The notes under the pieces: generated by a model | What the model saw: the letters and a program-made list of their open reading frames with translations, nothing else | The model's database searches: none | Told to the model about the DNA's origin: nothing | Translations under genes and position numbers: made by a program | Shown: positions 28,531 to 41,834 of the stretch, in pieces | How positions within the stretch are numbered: the stretch's first letter is position 1 | How the letters are laid out: each line of letters opens with the position of its first letter | Source of the DNA: the human T2T-CHM13v2.0 reference genome, Homo sapiens | Length of the DNA stretch: 64,000 nucleotides | Strand: one strand, 5' to 3' | NCBI RefSeq assembly: GCF_009914755.1 | Contig: NC_060925.1

Positions 28531-29964
28531 CCAACCAGTGATTCTTAAATGCTACCCAAGACCCACCTGACGGGCTGCAAACTGACCCAAGAAAGCAAGT
28601 CTTCCCTTTAGGATGAACTACTGTAAATAATTATCTTTAGGAAGAGCTATTTACAAATTCATCCACACTCATTTTTATGTACATCTAAGACCTACTTACT
28701 AAAAGCTTGCTAAGTGAATGATTACAGGTTAACCCAGTTTGGAATTTATAAATAAAAGTCAGTGTGCTACCAAATTTTATTGAGGCTTCTGATTTTGTAT
28801 TCCCCTGAGAAGTTTGGCCTCTGGAGAAAGCGTGGCCCGACACTGTTGGAGCCTTGCCCATCCCTGGCATTGTGTGGACAGATGCTTTATCATCAGTCTG
28901 CCATCAGTGTTGTTTGTCGTGTGTGGGTCAAGGTCTCCAACTGCTGCCATTCTTGCTTCTAATTGTAATTTACTGTTAATTTAGCTTCATCATTATCAAG
29001 TCAGTTGGGATTTGTTTGAAGCTTAAGGTGACCAGTGATATATCTTTGTTTTAATTGTATTTTTGGCCTTTAATTTTCTGGTAATTATACCTAAAGACAA
29101 TTATGCATTGCAATTTGAATATGAATCATGTATGCCTTGATCATGAAAGCACATGTACAACTAATCCCCCCCACCAAGATACTTTACATTGACGCCTCAA
29201 TAGTATGCTTGCATTATTTTTCCACTTGTATGTGAGAAAGGGTGGAGCAAATTGACTGTGGGTTATTCTGCCCAGCTTAAAGTAGCCTAGAATAGGAAAA
29301 AGAAGAGATTGAAAACCACTTTTTTAGACTCTAGGAAACAACAGAATGTACTGCACACTTTGCAAATAGCTTGCAAATGGCACGTGCAAATTCATTTCCC
29401 TTGGTAGATGCATGGGAAATAAATATCCATACTGAACCTTTTGCCAGCCCCTACCAGCCACAGGCTCACGGTGATTACAGCACAAGTAATGGAAGCCAAT
29501 TGGTCAGGCAGCAGAGCTGAGATGGGGAATGAGGGAGGGAAGTGGGACTCCTCGGAACAAAGGTTTCAAGGCAACTGCACCAACAACACCATGCTCTGTA
29601 AACAGTGGCAACAGCTCGCAGCAATAAGTTTCTGTTCAGGGTTGTACAGGTTGCTGGTCACACATCCGTAAATGGTCAGTGCCCACAAAAGCCTGAAACA
29701 ACTTTGGTCATTTTGGGGTTTCTTTGGGCATCCAAGTATGCAGTAATCTCCCCCTACCCCAAACTGGACCTGGGATGCCTTAGCCACAATTTGGTCTCAA
29801 ATACTTTCTCCCCTGTGTATCCCAGTGAATTATATTTGTATCTTTATTATATTATAGCATTATGTTCTGTCTTGCTTTATAGTTGTATAAAGGTCTAACC
29901 CTCCTTGCGGGCATTGTTACTTTGGGGCAGGACCAGGTTTAACCCATTTTTGGGAGCTGGGAAG

Positions 29965-30095
29965 TACCAGCTTTGGAGCTGGGGGATCGGAAAGACCAGG
30001 TATGAATCCCTACTCTCCAGTGCTGTCCACATGACTTTTGGACAATGTACTTCTCTGAGCTTTGACTACTTCATAGGATTGCTGTGAGGATGGAA
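29965..30095 (+). mobile_element. MIR fragment
   Basis: CCAGGTATGAATCCC..ATGACTTTTGGACAA..CATAGGATTGCTGTGAGGAT. Confidence 0.6.
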
Positions 30096-30412
30096 GGAAT
30101 CTATTAGGACTGTCTGTGTTCTAAGTATTAAAAACCCAACTCAAACCAGCTTACACACACACACACACACACACACAGATTTATTCACAGAGGTATTGCT
30201 AGTTTACATTACAACATAATTTAGAGACTAAAATACAGTTGTCAGGGTTGGATGGATGGTTAGATAGATAGATACATAAATAGATAGAAACATGTATCTC
30301 AATTTATCTTTCTCTCTTCACACACACACACTTCTTTCTGTGTGTTGCCCTTATTTTCTCCTACTACAAATGAGCTTCCTCCATACAAAGGGTGGCAATG
30401 GTTGCAAATAGT

Positions 30413-30729
<317 letters not shown>

Positions 30730-30751
30730 TAATTTCTCCTTAGCAACCCCA

Positions 30752-30861
30752 AAGGGAAGGAGGGCTTCTCTTTCCCAATATCCATATATATAAGCCCAAG
30801 GAAGGCAAGGGAAGGAGGGCTTCTCTTTCCCAATATCCATATATATAAGCCCAAGGAAGGC
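30752..30861. repeat. Perfect 55-bp tandem duplication
   Basis: AAGGGAAGGAGGGCTTCTCTTTCCCAATATCCATATATATAAGCCCAAGGAAGGC x2, no mismatch. Confidence 0.97.
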
Positions 30862-32129
30862 TCTGATTGGCCAGATCTGGGCTGAGGCAAGAAGGGTTTT
30901 GTGATTAGCAGTCCCATCAGAATCATTGAGAATGGGGAGAGGAAATTTCCCAGAGGACAGGGTATTCGTAAATGTTGTTACCAAAAAATAAGGATTTGGG
31001 AGCAGGAGTAGATTTGGGCAGATAAAAGTCACCATCTATTTCAATTGATGGGATGCCATATGTAAGGCTATAATGCCTGGGATCTAAATAGACATAAACT
31101 GGGCCACTTGTTTCTTCCTTCTTTCGCCAACCCCCAGTCCCTCTGTTCTTAGTGCCTCCTACCTCCTTCCTTAAATATCTTCCAGCCACACCCAGAGTCA
31201 TTTCTGAGACTGTTGGGAAACTCCAGCCAGAGGGGACCAAAAAGACCCTGTCCCTCTGCACAGCCTCTAGGAGCAAGAGAAAAATGTGCCTTAGTTCTGG
31301 AATAGAAAGAAGTTTTCCAGGGAAATCAGAAAGCTGTAGTTGAAAAGAAAAAAAAAAAGAGCCTGAGAAGCCACTATGAGGCCTATTCTCTTAGCACTTG
31401 AGGGATTATGGGCTGGGACACAAGTCCCATTAGAATCAGTGGCAGTGTTCAGAGAGGTGCCAACAGAATGACAAGCAGGATTTCTTTTCTTTCTCTTCCT
31501 CCTCCCGGTTCCTTCTTCTCTCACTCCTCTTCTCCCTCTCCTCTGTTCCTCCTTCTTATCATCCCTCCCCTTCCCTCTTCCTCTTCTCTGCTGTTTTCAC
31601 AGTATCAGATCCCTCCAGGCAAGTCCCTTCCCCTGCCAGACCTTCATCCCTGAAAGGCCACAGTCCAGGGCTAAGGTGTTTGAACACTAAACAAAGAGTC
31701 ATTGAGCCCAGGCCCAGATAAGGCACAGCTGGGGGCATTGTAGGTCTCAGCCCAGTAACCTGTTCCATTAGGCTTTTCTGTGAGTCGGTGGCAGAGGACA
31801 CTGTTGGGGAAGACGGTTGTTGATAGACTAGGATTCTTCTGAGCCCTCCTCAGCATGGCACAAGTGTGGCCCTGACAATGGATTCAGTGCCAGGAGGAAC
31901 CATCTCCCTCAGGACTGGGAGAAGTCAACACCTCAGCAAAGATTTGTGCTGAGTCCTTGTTTTGTTTGTTTGTTTGTTTTCCCATTCAGAGTATATTCCA
32001 AGAAGACCAGGGGTGCAAAGAAGGAAGGAATATATGGTTCCTAAGTTCTTGGCCATAGCTGGGGGCTAACTGGTACAGGAGGTTGCACACAGGAGAAAGT
32101 CAGCGATGGTTAAGGACCCCCTTCTGTGC

Positions 32130-32330
32130 AGTTGTGATGTATAGGAAGAGAATGAGATGTGGAATCAGATCTGAATGTAATGCCTGACTCAACTACTCAC
32201 ATACTGTGTGACCTTGGACAAGTCACTTAGCCCCTCCATGCCTCAGTTTTCTCATCTGAAAAAATGAGGACAATAAGACCTCATGGGGTTGCAGTAAGGA
32301 TAAAACCAGCAAATACCTGTTAGTATGCCA
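32130..32330 (+). mobile_element. MIR
   Basis: TGTGTGACCTTGGACAAGTCACTTAGCCCCTCCATGCCTCAGTTTTCTCATCTG. Confidence 0.85.
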
Positions 32331-32632
32331 TTCCATTTCCCTGGGTCTACTGCCCTCCCCAGGAAGCTGGCGAGTGTATTTTTACAAGTTCATGCCCTGG
32401 AATTCGATAGAGTTCGATCAAAATCCCCAGTCTTAATTGCATAGAGAGCTATTTAAGAATGAAATGATGAGATGTCAGGGATTTGCTTCAAAATGAATGG
32501 GGGTGTTGCAGAAACAAGATTGGCCATGAGTTGATAATGGTTGAAGTTAGATGCTGGATACATTAGGATTTGTATGTCTAAAATCTGTACAAATTGGTAC
32601 AAATCTGCACAAATCTGCCTGCTTTGTATATA

Positions 32633-33116
32633 CAGTGGGCTCTTCAGATCTGTGGGTTCCACATCCTTGGATTCTGCATCCATGGATTCAACTGAGGATC
32701 AAAAATATTGGAAAAAATTGCATCTCTGCTGAACATGTACAGACTTATTTTATTTTATTTTATCTTATTTATTGTTTTTAGAGATGGGGGTCTCTCTGTG
32801 CTGGCCAGGCTGGACTCAAACTTCTGGGCTTAAATAATCCTCCCATCTCAGTTTCCCACATAACTGGGACTACAGGCCCATGGCTTGCAGACATTTTTCC
32901 TTGTCATTATTCCCTAGACAATGCAGTATAACAACTATTTACATAGCATTTACATTGTATCAGGTATCACAAGTAATCTAGAGATGATTTAAAGAGGATG
33001 TGCATATGTCATATGCAAATACTAGCCATTTTATATCAGGGATTTGATCATCTGTGGATTTTGGTCTCTGCTGGGGTCCTGGAACCAATCCCCCGAGGAT
33101 ACCGAGGGACAACCAT
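32633..33116 (-). mobile_element. MER2 (TcMar-Tigger) with an Alu monomer inserted at about 32744-32880
   Basis: GGGGTCCTGGAACCAATCCCCCGAGGATACCGAGGGACAAC end; TA flanks. Confidence 0.85.
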
Positions 33117-33117
33117 A

Positions 33118-34303
33118 CAGGCAGTTCTCAATTTGCATGGCTCCAATCTGCATGGATTTCAGTTTCCATGGTTTAGTTAAATAACATCAGTCACCCCACA
33201 ACACAGTTCAGATTTCAGTTTCCACGGTATATTAATGTGAGTAATTGCATAAAGTACAAACTTGGCTGCTGGCGCTTCAGTCCCCAAATCACTGTGTAAA
33301 TAACAGACGCACATCGTGATCAGTGGTCAGTCACATCACTTCCTTCAAAGTCTGTCGGTTGATGGTTGGTCACTGCCCATCTGTGGTTCAGTTCACACAC
33401 AGACGGGAGCACGTTTCATGTTGCCTCCTTGTCTCCTAGTGATAAACCCATGACATTTTCCCAAAAAAATGGATAGTTAAAAGAGGAAACTGGCCAGAAA
33501 GAAAGAAAGAAAATGTACCAAACAAATGAAAAGTGATAACAATAGCAGTGAAATTCGAGACAAACACAAATAGAATTATAGGAGAAAATTCTGAACCATG
33601 GGAATGTCGACACCACCACTGTTCAAGACTCTGTGTATGTAGCTAGGGGAGCTAGTGACATCAACATAAATGGGGAAAGTAAAGAGGATGAAGATGTCCC
33701 AGAGGAAGTGAGACTGGTGGAAAAAAACCTTCACATTAACCCATTTATGCCTGAGGATGCAATTTTTTGAATTTTTTGAATTTTGAAAATCAGACCTTGG
33801 CGATGACCTTGAGCAGTAGGATGTATAAGATAACTCCCACATGCTTAGCATTCCAATAATGGAACACTAGGCATAAATGGGCACACTTGGAGATGTTTTA
33901 CATCATTGAAAATGCAAAAGATAAAATGCTGGAAGCTGATCCAAATTCAGGAGTGTGACAATAAGCTAAGACATAAAAAAGATGCCCACTCCATATCATA
34001 CATTAAACAATGAGAAGGCAAGCACTGTTCAAATTATCCAGATACATTTTTTACAAAGAAATAAAACACCTATTTTCAATGTTTCTAATGTTTTAAATTA
34101 TAATGTACTAAATAAATATTGGGTTTTTAAAATAATTTTTTCATTTCCCTATACATTTACAACTGCAAGTAAGAGCATTTTTAATGCTTTGACAAACATT
34201 TTTAAAGGTCACGAAACAATTGTAATTTTCGACATTGATTATTACAGATTGTTTGCATGGCCGTTTTCACAGTCTTGCACTACTGTAGAAAGCGAGGAAT
34301 GCC
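33118..34303 (+). mobile_element. Tigger6-like TcMar-Tigger deletion derivative
   Basis: CAGGCAGTTCTCAATTTGCA / GAAAGCGAGGAATGCC termini; degraded transposase N-terminus near 33469 and acidic C-terminal remnant. Confidence 0.75.
33740..33881 (-). mobile_element. MER85 piggyBac (PGBD3-derived) MITE
   Basis: 142 bp, perfect 13-bp TIRs CCCATTTATGCCT/AGGCATAAATGGG, TTAA at 33736-33739, internal palindrome TTCCAATAATGGAA. Confidence 0.93.
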
Positions 34304-34310
34304 ATCCTAA

Positions 34311-34668
<358 letters not shown>

Positions 34669-34679
34669 CTCAACCACTT

Positions 34680-34860
34680 TCTGATGAGAGTCATTTAACC
34701 CTTCCATGCCTCAGTTTCCTCATCTGTCAACTGTAGATAATAATTACACTCTCTTCAACTGGTTGTTGTGAAGATTTAACAAGTTAATACTTGCCAAGTG
34801 AAAGGCAAGAGTGAAAGGTATAAATAAATCATGTAATGTTGGCTGCTATTATATGTATTA
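34680..34860 (+). mobile_element. MIR
   Basis: GCCTCAGTTTCCTCATCTGTCAA core. Confidence 0.8.
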
Positions 34861-35080
34861 TATGTATAGATCTGAACCAGATGGAGACAGAATACACAAA
34901 GTGGTCAGAGAGTGCCGGTGTTGTTATAATCATCACCACTGCCACCAGCAGCTGCCTCACAGCTACTCCCCTTTGCAGATATCCTTAAAGTGCTGTCTTG
35001 AGTACCACATAGTACTCTGTTCAGCACAGCTCATTTTCTCTAGGAATTTCCATTTCTGGATAAAGACATATTGATGTTGA

Positions 35081-35304
35081 CCAGTGTTTCTTAACCTTTT
35101 CTTCATGATCACCCCTCTCTAGGAAGCCGCTTTAGGCATTTTTTCCTAATCATCTTTCTTATGAAATGTTAATATTATAGACATATGGTATATCTGTTAA
35201 TGTACTCTATGTATGTTTCTGTTTTACACATAAAAAGAGTAAAATCTTCATTGAACCATTTATTTGCCTGCCTGGGGGAATATCACTGCCATTGAGAATA
35301 TATG
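35081..35304 (+). mobile_element. MER112-like hAT-Charlie element
   Basis: CAGTGTTTCTTAACCTTTT...GGGGGAATATCACTGCCATTGAGAATATATG. Confidence 0.65.
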
Positions 35305-35425
35305 ATGTGGATGGAAATTTAGTAGACATGTTGATTGCCTCCTCAAGCCTCTCATCTCCCACCTCCTCACTACTTCTGGCCCACTCCCAGTCCTCTGGTT
35401 TCTCTCCTTTCTAAGAGAGCACTAA

Positions 35426-35821
<396 letters not shown>

Positions 35822-35940
35822 TGATTAAGAATAGGTGTATAACACAATTCTGGGCAACAGGATGTGAAGGCAGATTAGCCATCGTTTTGTTGTTGTTGTT
35901 GTTGTTGTTGTTGTGTTAATGAAAAAAGGTGGGGCTGGTG

Positions 35941-36208
35941 GGGGCGAGCTCAGTGGCTCATAACTGAAATCCCAGCACTTTGGAAGGCTGAGGTGGGGGA
36001 ATCGCTTGAGCTCAGAGATCTAGACCAGCCTGGGCAACATGGCGAAACCCTGTCTCTATAAACAATTACAAAAAAATAAATAAATGAGCTGGGCTTGGTG
36101 GCACCTGCCTATAGTCCCAGCTACTTGGAAGGCTGAGGTGGGAGGATCCCTTGAGCCAAGGAGGTCGAGGCTGCAGTGAGCCAAGAGCATCTCAAAAAAA
36201 AAAAAAAA
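35941..36208 (+). mobile_element. AluJ with 3' internal deletion
   Basis: GAGGTCGAGGCTGCAGTGAG; preceded by (TTG)n at about 35885-35914. Confidence 0.9.
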
Positions 36209-36384
36209 GGTCAAACTTGAAGAGGTGACCTACCTTTTCCCCACAGATGTTGTCAGGTCTTGATGTGTTGACTTGAACTCTGGTTGCTATCTTTTGTCTA
36301 TCAAGAGAGTTTGCTTAAGGGCCTGACATGCTGAAGATGCAAAATGGGAAATAATCAGGGTTCTTAATGATGCTGAGTTGCTGA

Positions 36385-36738
<354 letters not shown>

Positions 36739-36994
36739 TGGGACTTCTTGTTATATGAGGTGATACTTTTTCCTTATTGCTTTGGCTTGCTGAGTCAGTG
36801 TTTCCAGTTACTTGTAGCCAAAAAGATCCCAGGCATTATGGGGATAAAAGAGCTATGGACAACAAAAGAATGTTGAACAAATATATTAATAAAAAGTCAA
36901 AGCATTTGCGTGAATTGAGGATTGCTGCATTTTGGAGACTAAGACTGGAAAATGTCTTCTTTCTTCTATTCCTGAGCAACCTTGGCCATATTCA

Positions 36995-37215
36995 TAGCTT
37001 CAGCTCCCAGATTCTGGAATAACTGGGTTTGAATCCTGCTCATCCATTGACCAGCTGAATGGCCTTGGTAAGTTACCTTTTCGAGTGCCAGATTCCTTTT
37101 TAGTAAAATTAAGACAGAATTCTCTGTACTGCATTATGAAAGTTAAAAGAAATAATACAAATAAAATGCTTAGAACAAATCTGACATCTATGTAGTATTT
37201 AGTATATGGCAGTTC
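36995..37215 (+). mobile_element. MIR
   Basis: CTGGGTTTGAATCCTG..GGCCTTGGTAAGTTAC..AAATGCTTAGAACA. Confidence 0.75.
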
Positions 37216-37344
37216 ATTTCTCTTATGCTAATGGCTTCCAACTCTGCCTCTCAAGGTCTGTCTGCTCCCAAATTTTCTTCAGATATTTTCACTTGGATGT
37301 TTCCATATTACTACACATTTAACTCATTCCTTACTTCCCCTCCG

Positions 37345-39069
37345 TGTGTTCTCAGGTGTGCTGGGAGCAGGCAGGAGCCCCACCCTCCCAAGCACAGCCT
37401 CAGCCACCCAAGTCGTGGCTGCAGACCTGGGCCTACCTGTGCTCTTGGGAGTGCTGGGAGCAGGGAGGAGCTCTGCCCTCCGGGTGCAGCTACAGTCACC
37501 GAAAATCATAGCTGTGGACCCATGTATTTCATTCCACAGAGCATACAGGAACCCTTTCCCCTGGGTGCAGCTACAGCCACCCAAGCTGGGGCTGCAGAGC
37601 TGGGTATCTCTGCACTCTTGGGGGCCTGGGAAGGCCCCCTCCCCCCATAGGCTCAGAGGTGTGTGCTCCTGCTGCCTGGTCTCTCCCACTCCTGGCACCT
37701 GATCTGATCTTGGAGCAAGGTTGGGGCTGAGCCCAGGTGCTGTCGCACCTAGCTGGATGTGCACACGCTTGGGGCAGTGCTGACATGACAGCCCCCTGCC
37801 AGCTTGGCCCCCTCCAGACTTTGGCCACCAACAAGCATGGGAGGGAAGCCTAGGTGGGGCTGAGGGCAGCTCAGCATTGGCCTGCAGGTGCTCCTGGGTG
37901 TGAACAGCCTGGGCGTCATTGGCAGTGGGAGGCAAATAGGCTCCTGGGTGGAAGAGGGTGGAGGCCTGGTGAGGCCCCACCTTCAGGCCAGGGAGGGCTT
38001 GAAAGCTGGGGGCCAGGCTGCCAGTCCCCACAAATCAGAATGGGAACTTGTGGTGCTTTTTCTGAGCCCACCCATGGCCACCCATGGACCAACTGATGCT
38101 CACTTCCTCACCTCTGAGGCCCATGAAATCTCCCAGCTCAGCCAGAGCTGAGCAGATATCAGGATGATCAGCTGCAGAGAGGAGCTACACACTCCAGGGC
38201 CTCCTCTCTGCTGAGAGCAGCAGATGTCAGGATGACCAGCTGCAGAGTGGAGCTACCCATACCAGGGCCTCCTCTCTACTGAGAGCTGCAGATGTTGGGA
38301 CAACCAGCTGCAGAGAGGAGCTACCCTACTCACTCCAGGGCCGCCTTTCTACTGAGAGCAGCAGACATCAGGATGACCAGCTGCAGAGAGGAGCTACCCA
38401 CTCCAGGGTCTCCTCTGAGCTGTCACTCAATAAAGCTTGTCTTCTCCGTACTCACCCTCCACTTGTCCACATATCTCATTCTTCCTGGAGCAGGACAAGA
38501 ACTCAGGAACTGCCAAATGGCAGGGCTCAAAGAGCTATAACATAAACAGGACTGAAACACACCCCTTTCTCACCATGTTACAGTTGAAGAGAAGGTGAGA
38601 ATAGCTGTGGTCCTTTGGGGAGCCGAGACTTTGGAGCTCCTTGAGCCAAGGCTGGCACTCCCTCTTTGGGGCCCTGTGATTCCTGGAGTCTCCAAGCTTC
38701 CAGGCACCACTGTGTTCCCCAGTGGCAGCTGTGAGAAGCTGTTTGCAGTGCACCTGGTCCAGCTGCAGCCTTGCAGAGAGCCAGTGCCCATGCTGGCACC
38801 TGGAGCTGCCTGCACCACTGCAGCAGCCAGTGTGCCTCACTGTGCACCATGGCCAGACCCCACACTCACTTGCTCACACACCCCTCGCTACTGCACACCT
38901 GGCTCGCCCTTGGCAGGTGTGGGATCCAGACCAGTAGTATGAGCCGAGTGCAACCTGCCAGGCCGAGTGGATGGAATGAGCCCAGCAGGCCTGAGCAAAA
39001 CTCAAACAAAAGCACAAACAGCCACAGAGGTTTCTGGCCAGAAAAGCAACACCCCAAGGATCCTGCAAC
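37345..39069 (+). mobile_element. MER52-family ERV1 LTR (about 1.7 kb)
   Basis: Repeated GGGAGCAGG(C/G)AGGAGC blocks, internal tandem array, AATAAA at 38429, end CACCCCAAGGATCCTGCAACA. Confidence 0.8.
38152..38420 (+). repeat. Four imperfect 68-73 bp tandem units inside MER52
   Basis: Units start 38152, 38220, 38288, 38361; each has CAGCTGCAGAG..GAGCTAC. Confidence 0.9.
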
Positions 39070-39282
39070 AAATGTATTTCTATTTTTGTATCTTTCAAAA
39101 ATGCATCTATTACAGCCCAGCTCCTTGATCCCTCAGGTGCTATAAACAGCCTTCTTCTCTAGTTTCTAAAAGCACTTTGTAGCTCTCATATCACTTCTTC
39201 ATTATGAGTAAATTACAGCCCTGTCTTCCCCTCTAAACTGTAAACTTCTTGCAAATTGAAACTGTAATGGGTATTTATTGGA

Positions 39283-39881
39283 AGATGACATAGTATGCTT
39301 TCTGCCACTCTCTGATAGTATCCCAAATTTCACTCAGTATTCACTCTCTGGCCTATTGGCTTTGGAGGAAGATGATTCCAACCCCTAGCTCCAGAGATGA
39401 GTTTTTATTATCTAGAGGTAATCATTCCCATGCTGTTTGCCAAGCCAACTGGTGTATGCCTGGGTTTCTGAACCATACAATGCATGGCATTTCTCTGGAT
39501 ACAGGAATTAATTTTGGAAAGATCATGTGATCCGATGTGAACCAATGAAGAACAAGGCAATCTTCACTAGGTGTTTCTGGGAAAGGTGTTTCTGGGAAAG
39601 GTGTTTCTGGGAAAGGTGTTTCTGGGAAAGTTCTAACTTCCATTAGAACTTTTCCTCTCTTTTGTAAATCCTGATGTCAAAAAGAGCCAATCTGGCACAA
39701 TGAGGGAAGCCAGTCTGAAGAAGAGACCAGTACATGGGAGATGACCCAAAAGCTACTGAATGAATCTAACCCTGAAGCCTGTCCTACCTCTGAACTTCCT
39801 TTTACATGAGCCAAAACAATTGCTATTAAGTTGGAGCCAAGTTCTTTCTAGCTTGCAACATGAAGAGTTCTAGTGGATACA
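39283..39881 (+). mobile_element. Old MLT1(J/K)-type LTR
   Basis: CCCTGAAGCCTGTCCTACCTCTGAACTTCC..ACATGAGCCAA..GCTTGCAAC..GATACA end. Confidence 0.65.
39569..39630. repeat. Perfect 15-bp minisatellite (AGGTGTTTCTGGGAA)x4
   Basis: Four identical units; also seen as FPETP repeat in ORF 39422-39643(-). Confidence 0.97.
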
Positions 39882-40519
39882 GGGAACTTATCTTCAACTT
39901 TGTATCCACCACAGTATCTGCCACATGGCAGGCATTTGATAAATGCTTATAGGTTTGCATGAGCCAGTGATTCTGGTATAGCTGTTTGCTGGTTCTCTGG
40001 ATCTTTCCTGCAGAGTTTTCCTGTTAGCAGTCTGCCGCATGCAAGTTCCCAGCAGCTCCTTTCCTCATTTGAGCTTGAGGCTTCTGGTAGGAGGATGTTC
40101 TCATTTTCAAGAACTGAAACGGAGCTTCCTGAAGTGACAGGAATGTTGTCTATCCAATCCAGCTCTCTTGGAAATCCCTCAATGGACACTGGCAAATCTT
40201 AACTCACTGGCTGTCCTCCCTCTAGACTTTGGACTGCCACCTGTTAGATTGCAATTGTAGTTATCATTTCAACAGACTCTCATGAAGTTTTAAACTTATA
40301 ACTTCCTGGTGCTAACTTTGGAATCACCCTAATTTAATCAATAAACTGTGTAAAAAATCACATTTTAGTTGGGTTATTGTTATTAGGTATTCAATTACCA
40401 AATAGTTTTTTTTTCAAACTCCCATACTCTGAAATTATATAACTTCTAAGAAGTCTCCTGCTAATTATTTTCTTTATCTCTGGATGTGGATTAAGAGCTT
40501 TATTATCAGTAAATAATAT

Positions 40520-40890
40520 TTATTTTTCTTTCTTTTTTCAATTTTCAAGTACATAATACATTGTTATTAATTGTAGTCCCATGGTATACAATAGACCTCT
40601 TAGACTTATTCCTTCTGTCTAACTAAATCTGTGTCCTTTGACCAACATATCCCCAATCCCCTTACCACTGGCCTCCGATAACCACCATTTAACTCTGTTT
40701 CCATGAGTCTGACTTTTCCACACTTCATGTATAAGTAAGATCATGTGGCATTTATCTTTCTGTGCCTGGTTTATTTCACTTAACATAATTTCCTCTGGGT
40801 TCATCCATGATGTTGCAAATGACAATATTTCCTTCTTTTTAAAGGCTGAATAATATTCCATTGTATATGTAGATCATGTTTTCTTGATCC
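40520..40890 (-). mobile_element. L1MA/MB 3' fragment
   Basis: ORF MEYYSAFKKKEILSFATSWMNPEEIMLSEINQAQKDK is the L1 ORF2 C-terminus. Confidence 0.88.
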
Positions 40891-40947
40891 AAGAGTAATA
40901 TTTCTAGACTTGGCTATCTTATTCTTTGTCTGATTTCCTCCTGCCCC

Positions 40948-41620
<673 letters not shown>

Positions 41621-41834
41621 TTAGGCCCCAGCTACTAGATCCAGAGATTCGCATTGACCCCAAGGCAGACATCCATAGGTGGCCCAGGACCTAGGAAATG
41701 GTCTGGTATGAGAGTATCAACCACACCACATTTCCCTATACTGTGCCTGGTCAACCAATTAGATGAGCTTTCAGAGATCCTGAACGTGAACCATAGATAG
41801 GAAGAGATACAGACTGAGGGATAAAAAGATAGGT

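Noticed and set aside
37225-39145. 235-aa and other ORFs
   Set aside because: Within the MER52 LTR; no gag/pol/env motifs
38152-39630. Tandem arrays as CRISPR-like repeats
   Set aside because: No unique spacers, no cas genes, primate context
39947-40195. 82-aa ORF in non-repeat DNA as a processed pseudogene
   Set aside because: Non-ATG start, no recognisable protein, no poly-A or TSD
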